Shown: positions 58,846 to 64,000 of the stretch, piece after piece
How positions within the stretch are numbered: the first letter of the stretch is position 1
How the letters are laid out: each line of letters begins with the position of its first letter
Assembly: GCA_964460795.1 (NCBI GenBank)
Contig: CAYWRU010000001.1
Location: 19,116 to 83,115, forward strand
DNA length: 64,000 nt
DNA from: an uncultured bacterium
GTDB taxonomy: Bacteria; Omnitrophota; Omnitrophia; Omnitrophales; Aquincolibacteriaceae
Direction: 5' to 3'
Notes under the pieces: generated by a model
Database searches by the model: none
What the model saw: only the letters and a program-made list of their open reading frames with translations
Told to the model about the DNA's origin: nothing
Position numbers and translations under genes: made by a program

Positions 58846-59508
58846 CTATCCTTGCATGCCTAATTTCTGAGCCAATGCGACCGAGTAGTTGCGCCACTCC
58901 CACTCCGGCCCTTCCGGATAGACCGAGTTAAAGCTGCGCACCAGACCCAACACCTGCGACACAAAGTGGTACTTCCAACCGAAGTGGATCAGGTAATAAG
59001 CCATTCGCCAGTCGCTGTACCACCAGCCTCGTTCGATTTTATCTGAAATGCTCTGCCAAGCGGTACGTCGAATAGCCCAGAAAGAACCGCCGAGTCTCGT
59101 AACTTGCTCGGGCTTAACGATAGGCTGTCCGCGCTTGAGAATATAGACCGATTTGTCAGTCATGTCTCCGCCAAGCCGCAAAAACAAGGTCGAACCTGAG
59201 ACTAGCCCGACTTCCGGGGACATGGCTTCAAAATTGACCGGCTGGAAATACCACAGGTCGTCATCATCGACGTTTACGACCCAGTCGCCTACGGATTCGT
59301 CCAGTAAGCGGTAGCGCACTTCGCCGGCTTCTTCTGGGTTGTTGGTACCGGGAATGATGCGAACTCTTGGAATGGCGCGTAACTGCGCTAGTTCGTCTTC
59401 GGTCAAAGACGGCGCAGCCGCGATAAGAAACTCGACGTACGCAGGCATGATCCTTATTACGTGGTCGACAGCCTGCATCATTAGATGCGGCTTGCTGGCC
59501 ATCATCAT
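58846..59508 (-). CDS. GT-A glycosyltransferase-like (220 aa)
   Basis: ATG at 59508, 4 nt after the upstream stop. VGDWVVNVDDDDLWY is paralogous to GDWCIQWDDDDWY of 38806..39612. Confidence 0.5.
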   Translation of the reverse strand: MMMASKPHLMMQAVDHVIRIMPAYVEFLIAAAPSLTEDELAQLRAIPRVRIIPGTNNPEEAGEVRYRLLDESVGDWVVNVDDDDLWYFQPVNFEAMSPEVGLVSGSTLFLRLGGDMTDKSVYILKRGQPIVKPEQVTRLGGSFWAIRRTAWQSISDKIERGWWYSDWRMAYYLIHFGWKYHFVSQVLGLVRSFNSVYPEGPEWEWRNYSVALAQKLGMQG

Positions 59509-59512
59509 CAAG

Positions 59513-60214
59513 CTATAGGTACTGCTCAAGTTCCGTTCCTTTCCAGGCAGCGCAAAGTTCATCGTAGTTTGAAATAGCCTCTGGAAGACTGCGCGTAGCT
59601 TGCTTGCGAGTGCGTGGATAAACGTCCATCACCGGCACCTCCAGAAATCGCTGGATAGAGTTAAGCGTGCCGGGAATATCGGCCACCATGTCTTCATAGA
59701 ATACGACCAAATTGGGTCGATCCTTGTAGCGCTCTTGCCACAGCAGCGATTGTTTCAAATCCCAACGAATAAACTTTGCAGCCAAAATTGGATCAACCTG
59801 TACCGCCGGCTCGGGTTCCAGGCTTGGATAGCGATTGCTCCACACCCCGGTTTTGGTAGCGGTAAGACCAGAGACGTAGCCTTTCAAAAGATTCCGTCGA
59901 CGAAGATGCAGCAGTTGGATGTCGCTGCGGTTGTCTACGAAAGTCCAGAAAGCTTCCGAAGGCTCATGTTCTAGCATGCCCGGCGCGCACGGAAGTACCA
60001 CGGCTGTATCGTCCGGAACGGCCAAAGCCTCTCTGTTGAAGCAACGCTCGCCAAGTTGGTAGTTAGTGAGATTGCGGACGAACACGTGTCGCTTTGCCGG
60101 ATCAGGCTCGGAGAACAGTTGCTCATGTGTAAATACGTGCGGGTTCTTTTCCAACGACGTGAGAATGAGAAACGTACCCTTGCGGCCGTTTGTCGCCATT
60201 ACCGTATTAGTCAT
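59513..60214 (-). CDS. sulfotransferase-like protein (233 aa)
   Basis: LHLRRRNLLKGYVS, LVVFYEDMVADIPGTLNSIQRFLEVP and RKQATRSLPEAISNYDEL resemble Stf0/Sulfotransfer_3 blocks. The 5'-PSB loop is not clear. Confidence 0.4.
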   Translation of the reverse strand: MTNTVMATNGRKGTFLILTSLEKNPHVFTHEQLFSEPDPAKRHVFVRNLTNYQLGERCFNREALAVPDDTAVVLPCAPGMLEHEPSEAFWTFVDNRSDIQLLHLRRRNLLKGYVSGLTATKTGVWSNRYPSLEPEPAVQVDPILAAKFIRWDLKQSLLWQERYKDRPNLVVFYEDMVADIPGTLNSIQRFLEVPVMDVYPRTRKQATRSLPEAISNYDELCAAWKGTELEQYL

Positions 60215-60828
60215 AACCAGCTACCTGCCCAGTGATGTACAGCGTAAGCATCCGGAAACTGCTCATGCCGTCGATGATGTTCGTTCCAAGCATATGGATA
60301 GAACAGCTGTGGTCCGTATGCTTTTACGTCCGGTGAGTCTTTGAATTGAGACCAAGCTTCGGTGAGCAGTCCCGGCCCGGTTGATTTGGCTTGATGTAGA
60401 TCAGAAGCGATTCGAGCCGGCAACAGTTCGATGGCCTTTTCCACCAAAGGATGGCCTGGTGCGGCTGCAATAAAGCCGGCCGATAGCATGTTCTCTTGCT
60501 CGCCAGCGCCTACGAAGTCGTATCCGACTAGAAGCGATTCGACGTTACGCTGACACAAGAAGTCAGTATCCAGGTAAACGCCGCCAAACCGGTGCAGTAC
60601 CTCGTAACGTACGATGTCGGACAGCTGTGCCAGGTTTCGAGCCAGCGGCACGGAGTCGGCGTTGCGCATCTCTGCAAGCTGTGCAAGGTCGGACCAGTGC
60701 ACCATGGTCCAATCAGGGTGATGCTCTAACCAGCTGCATCCGTAGTCTACGAACTCTTGCGGCATCGGCTTACCGCCGAGCCACACACGGTGGAAGACCT
60801 TGGGGATTCGTAATTCTCCGTTACCCAT
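60211..60828 (-). CDS. DXD-motif glycosyltransferase (Gly_transf_sug/GT32-like, 205 aa)
   Basis: IPKVFHRVWLGGKPMP..W..HPDW and SDIVRYEVLHRFGGVYLDTDF. Confidence 0.65.
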   Translation of the reverse strand: MGNGELRIPKVFHRVWLGGKPMPQEFVDYGCSWLEHHPDWTMVHWSDLAQLAEMRNADSVPLARNLAQLSDIVRYEVLHRFGGVYLDTDFLCQRNVESLLVGYDFVGAGEQENMLSAGFIAAAPGHPLVEKAIELLPARIASDLHQAKSTGPGLLTEAWSQFKDSPDVKAYGPQLFYPYAWNEHHRRHEQFPDAYAVHHWAGSWL

Positions 60829-61448
60829 CTGCAAAGCTCGTTGGTGTCTGGATGGAACTCTTTACGGATATCGGAATCTGAGAGGTCGGTGATGCAGAGG
60901 TTAGGAGAAGCCACAAACACTCTGTCGTCACCTGAGTACAGCTCGGCCAGTATGGCGTCCGCCGTCTTCTGCAGTTTGACGTATTCGTCGATGATTTTCG
61001 AGTACTCGGACCGAGCTATCAGCATGGCCCAGGTGCCGTATGTGTGACACGGACGATAGAACCCCTCAATACAGCTGGGCACGACACCGCTCCAATCGAG
61101 TTGTGTAGCTCCTAGGTAGACGAGTTTCCAGTCCGGCAATTTGTCCAACCGACTTGCTTCGGTTTTGAAATCACGGTGAAGCAACACATCATCTTCAAAT
61201 ACGGCGATGCGCTCATAGCCTTTGGCCGCTGCATCTTGCAATACGGCGGCGTGAGTCAAAAGACAGCCGGCTGCACCAGGCGTACGCAACGTGTTTGTGT
61301 CGTAGCTGCTTTGTTCAATCAGTTGGCCGTCTATAGCAGAAAACCGCTCGGCAGTTAGGCCGGCGGTTTCTAGCTGCTTTGAAATGTGCATCCATCGGTC
61401 GGTACGGCGGTCTAGATTGACGCCGTAGATATGGTCTACAGGCAGCAT
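60747..61448 (-). CDS. family-25-like glycosyltransferase (233 aa)
   Basis: IYGVNLDRRTDRWMHISKQLETAGLTAERFSAIDG matches the GT25 N-terminal signature. Overlaps the next gene by about 82 nt. Confidence 0.65.
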   Translation of the reverse strand: MLPVDHIYGVNLDRRTDRWMHISKQLETAGLTAERFSAIDGQLIEQSSYDTNTLRTPGAAGCLLTHAAVLQDAAAKGYERIAVFEDDVLLHRDFKTEASRLDKLPDWKLVYLGATQLDWSGVVPSCIEGFYRPCHTYGTWAMLIARSEYSKIIDEYVKLQKTADAILAELYSGDDRVFVASPNLCITDLSDSDIRKEFHPDTNELCRWVTENYESPRSSTVCGSAVSRCRKSS

Positions 61449-62692
61449 TAGCTGTGCCAGCCGCCGTCGTAGTAATTGCCGCCACCGACAATATTGCCGA
61501 GCTTAGTTGATATAAAGCTAAGGTATGTGTTGATGTCACCACTTTGACCGGAATTGCCGCCCTGCGCGTCTGCGCTGTTCAGGACTGTGGAACTTCGAAG
61601 GTAAATATTACCGCCGACAGAGGTATACGCACCTCCACACTGACCACCAGTTGAGCTGAGATTGTAGGCGCACGAGTTGTACAAAGTTATAGGCCCGCCG
61701 TCGCCGCCGTCATTGTCAGGCAAACCAGAGCCACCATTATTGCCGCACGCGCCGCCGCCGGAAGCAAGCGTAGCGCCAGGTAAATAGGTACCATGCGCGA
61801 CAACACTACCACCGGGGCCGCCTACGCCTCCGGAACCGGCTCCAGTCAGGTACATGTCCGGTCCGTCGCCGTTGCCGGCTCCGCCACCGTATGCAGCAAT
61901 AATCGTGCTAGTTAAGGTAGGCGCAGCTGTTACTCCAACGAGATATACGATTCCGCCCGCTCCACCGGTACCGCCGGTTAGTGCACCGCCTCCAGGGCCG
62001 GATGCCGCGGTCCCGGCCCCGCCGTTTGCGTAAATGACCGTAGAATCATTGGCTATGAAACTGTTGTAAACACGTACAGTTCCACCTAGTCCGCCCTCGG
62101 TTCCGGCGCTAGTGCCAGTTAGTGTTCCGCCGCCGCCGCCGGAACAATATACGTTTCCAGATATGATGCAATTGTTGAATTCAATTGAGCCGGCCGAATA
62201 TCCGGTACCATTATTGGCTCCAACGGTACCACTGGCGTAGACCGCCGTAGATGTCAGGCTATTTAGTTTGACTTCACCACCTGAGCCCGCCGTCGGCGTA
62301 GCCAGCACATTAGCGATTTGCAAAGATGACGGCGAACCAAGGTTGGTGACATGAACTGAGTTACTCGCCCCCGTGGTCTCAATAGTGCCGATAGAAGCGT
62401 ATGAATAACCAGTAAGACCGCAAAGTGGCAGGATCGTGATGACGATAGCGCCGGCTGTCGTAATACCGGCATAGGTAGAAGCCTTTGCAGCCAACAAAAA
62501 GAAACGACCACCGTCATCAAATGCCGCCTGCATAGTGGCATAGGGAAGCGAAAGATCGCCGACAGTTCCGGTAGTGTCGTTGCCGTTTACAGCATCAACC
62601 AAGACTGCTCCGTTTACCGGGATGTCGGTAATACCGCCGCCACCGCCGCCGGCTGGAACAAACGCACCACCTGGTGTTCGAATAAAAGGCAT
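61448..62692 (-). CDS. glycine-rich beta-helix-like fibre protein (414 aa)
   Basis: Gly blocks (GGGGGI, GGAGGIVYLVG, GGGAGNGDGPDMYLTGAGSGGVGGPGGSVVAHG, GGSGLPDNDGGDGGPITLYN) alternate with short beta-strand-like segments. ATG overlaps the upstream stop. Confidence 0.55.
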   Translation of the reverse strand: MPFIRTPGGAFVPAGGGGGGITDIPVNGAVLVDAVNGNDTTGTVGDLSLPYATMQAAFDDGGRFFLLAAKASTYAGITTAGAIVITILPLCGLTGYSYASIGTIETTGASNSVHVTNLGSPSSLQIANVLATPTAGSGGEVKLNSLTSTAVYASGTVGANNGTGYSAGSIEFNNCIISGNVYCSGGGGGTLTGTSAGTEGGLGGTVRVYNSFIANDSTVIYANGGAGTAASGPGGGALTGGTGGAGGIVYLVGVTAAPTLTSTIIAAYGGGAGNGDGPDMYLTGAGSGGVGGPGGSVVAHGTYLPGATLASGGGACGNNGGSGLPDNDGGDGGPITLYNSCAYNLSSTGGQCGGAYTSVGGNIYLRSSTVLNSADAQGGNSGQSGDINTYLSFISTKLGNIVGGGNYYDGGWHS

Positions 62693-62702
62693 TGTCTATT
62701 CC

Positions 62703-63329
62703 TTAGCTTCCAGAATCTCGGGATACCCACTTGGACCAGTAGCGCGTCGAGCCGTCGATGGTCGCAGCAACCAATACTTCAGCCTGTTCGCCTGTTGGAA
62801 TGCGCGCTCCGCCTGTAGCCGTACGCACCAGCATTCCAGATGCCACATCCGTCATGGCCTGCGCTGAAATCAAAACAGTGCCGGTCTGCTGTGTAACTGT
62901 GATAGTTGGGGAAACAACTACAGTAACACGTACGCCGTTTTTGAACCACCGTACGGCGTAACGATCAGTCGTATCGTCTTGATCCCGTGTAAACCGAATG
63001 TCAGCCGAGTACAGTACCTCAGCGGCGCCTAGCTTGGTGCCATCGGTATTTTGGTACACGCGGATAGGGGCGGATTCGCACCGATGTGTCGTAGCAGTAT
63101 CGGTCAGATAGACGTCATGCACAGCGATGCACGTGCCGGATTCAAAGATGTGCGCGGTATGCCACCCTGAAATGGACTCAGCGATAGTGGCCGTATACAG
63201 GCCTTTACGGTTTGTGGCTTCCGTGAGCGTGTCACCGGACCCATTGGCGATAGTGTCCGAGCCGTACGGGAAAAGCTTGACCGTAAGCGAGAGAGCCGTC
63301 TCAGCGCGGACTTCTAGAGTTTGAGCCAT
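62703..63329 (-). CDS. fibre/receptor-binding-like structural protein, paralog 2 (208 aa)
   Basis: C-terminal domain homologous to 57861..58841. Confidence 0.55.
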   Translation of the reverse strand: MAQTLEVRAETALSLTVKLFPYGSDTIANGSGDTLTEATNRKGLYTATIAESISGWHTAHIFESGTCIAVHDVYLTDTATTHRCESAPIRVYQNTDGTKLGAAEVLYSADIRFTRDQDDTTDRYAVRWFKNGVRVTVVVSPTITVTQQTGTVLISAQAMTDVASGMLVRTATGGARIPTGEQAEVLVAATIDGSTRYWSKWVSRDSGS

Positions 63330-63369
63330 AGTTCCTCCATAGACGTGAACAGGCGATTACAACAGCATA

Positions 63370-63555
63370 CTAGCTGGGGTCTGTCTCTTTAAGCCCGAAC
63401 ACGAAGGAACCGTCGGTATCAACCTTCATATAGGCCTTGAGCCGACCTGTTCGAATATCGGCGATAAGCGCGCGAATGTCGGCAATTAGCTCATCGGCGC
63501 CAAAGCCGCGAAATACGCCTTTATCAAGAATCGGCTCGGATTTGTTTTCTGACAT
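63370..63555 (-). CDS. hypothetical protein (61 aa)
   Basis: Track ORF. Confidence 0.45.
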   Translation of the reverse strand: MSENKSEPILDKGVFRGFGADELIADIRALIADIRTGRLKAYMKVDTDGSFVFGLKETDPS

Positions 63556-63563
63556 TGCTCACC

Positions 63564-63603
63564 AATAGGTAAAGAAAAGGGCCGTCGAATGACGACCCCT
63601 TTC
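63564..63603 (-). terminator. candidate terminator with degenerate box
   Basis: Imperfect stem GGGgCCGTC-gaat-GACGaCCC. On the minus strand it is followed by CTTTTCTTTACCTATTGG. Confidence 0.45.
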
Positions 63604-63650
63604 TCATGTTACCGCCATCCTAGCCAACAGTCCAGGATGGCAGCGCATCT

Positions 63651-63953
63651 CTAGCTTTGGGCGGTCGCCGCTTCTTGAGCCGACGCCGAAAGCTCTTTCT
63701 GTTCAACGTCCGTAGCCGGAGTTTCAACGACGTGGGTCGCCGGTTCCGTTTCTTCGGTTTCCATGACCACGAGGCCGGCCCGTTTGAGAACGGTGACGGC
63801 TGCGCGATACTGGTCGCTGCCGACCTCGTAGAATCGCAAGAGGTCATGCACCAGCTGCTCACCGCTGTTGGTGCCTTGACTTATTTGCAGGTGAAGCATG
63901 GACCGATTGATCAGCTCCGCCGCCCAGTGGCTGGGAGCGAACTGATCAAACAC
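63651..63953 (-). CDS. hypothetical protein (100 aa)
   Basis: Track ORF. Preferred over the overlapping Arg/Ser-rich frame 63620..63862. Confidence 0.45.
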   Translation of the reverse strand: MFDQFAPSHWAAELINRSMLHLQISQGTNSGEQLVHDLLRFYEVGSDQYRAAVTVLKRAGLVVMETEETEPATHVVETPATDVEQKELSASAQEAATAQS

Positions 63954-64000
63954 GGGCAGGTCGGTTGCCTGATAGCCGGCAGCTAGAAACGCCCCGACGA

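Noticed and set aside
61448-62692. Collagen-like tail fibre.
   Set aside because: The glycines are not in G-X-Y triplet periodicity.
1-64000. Prophage boundary, IS element or integrative element features: integrase, transposase, att-like direct repeats, tRNA target.
   Set aside because: None recognised. The single coding strand and gene packing are uniform across the window.

Overview
The window reads as an internal segment of a large, probably jumbo, tailed phage of a diderm host. About 110 ORFs all lie on the minus strand and are tightly packed, with many ATGA, TAATG and ATGAGTAA start/stop overlaps. Shine-Dalgarno sites, lipoboxes, twin-arginine signals and about 14 rho-independent terminators are visible. 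By eye I found no rRNA, tRNA, CRISPR array, integrase or transposase. All long plus-strand ORFs look like antisense shadows of minus-strand genes.

Recognisable functions:
- A 1487-aa fused RNA polymerase carrying a beta-like module plus the N-terminal half of beta'
- ATP-dependent DNA ligase, 5'(3')-deoxyribonucleotidase, membrane-anchored EndoG-type nuclease
- HD hydrolase, Myb-like/metallophosphoesterase fusion, ParB-like protein, cold-shock protein
- YciA-like acyl-CoA thioesterase and a 2H phosphoesterase
- Two glycan-modification islands, one of them bracketed by paralogous fibre-like genes

The strongest candidate for a new system is a complete ubiquitin-like conjugation operon at 41.5-45.4 kb. 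Its order is Ubl, an E2-like protein fused to a CxxC-rich zinc module, a JAB protease, then an E1. This matches the order of bacterial Bil antiphage operons, but here it sits inside a virus genome.

Other notable items:
- A PspA-like / zinc-ribbon / SPFH membrane module flanked by two AAA+ ATPases, one of them BCS1-like
- Four phage proteins with twin-arginine (Tat) export signals
- A recurring palindromic element, TGAACGCGCGTTCACAAT on the minus strand
- A recurring terminator plus TAGCTAT box cassette
- Two roughly 320-380 nt ORF-free, hairpin-dense regions that may be ncRNAs

Every functional call comes from motifs read by eye. No database search was run.
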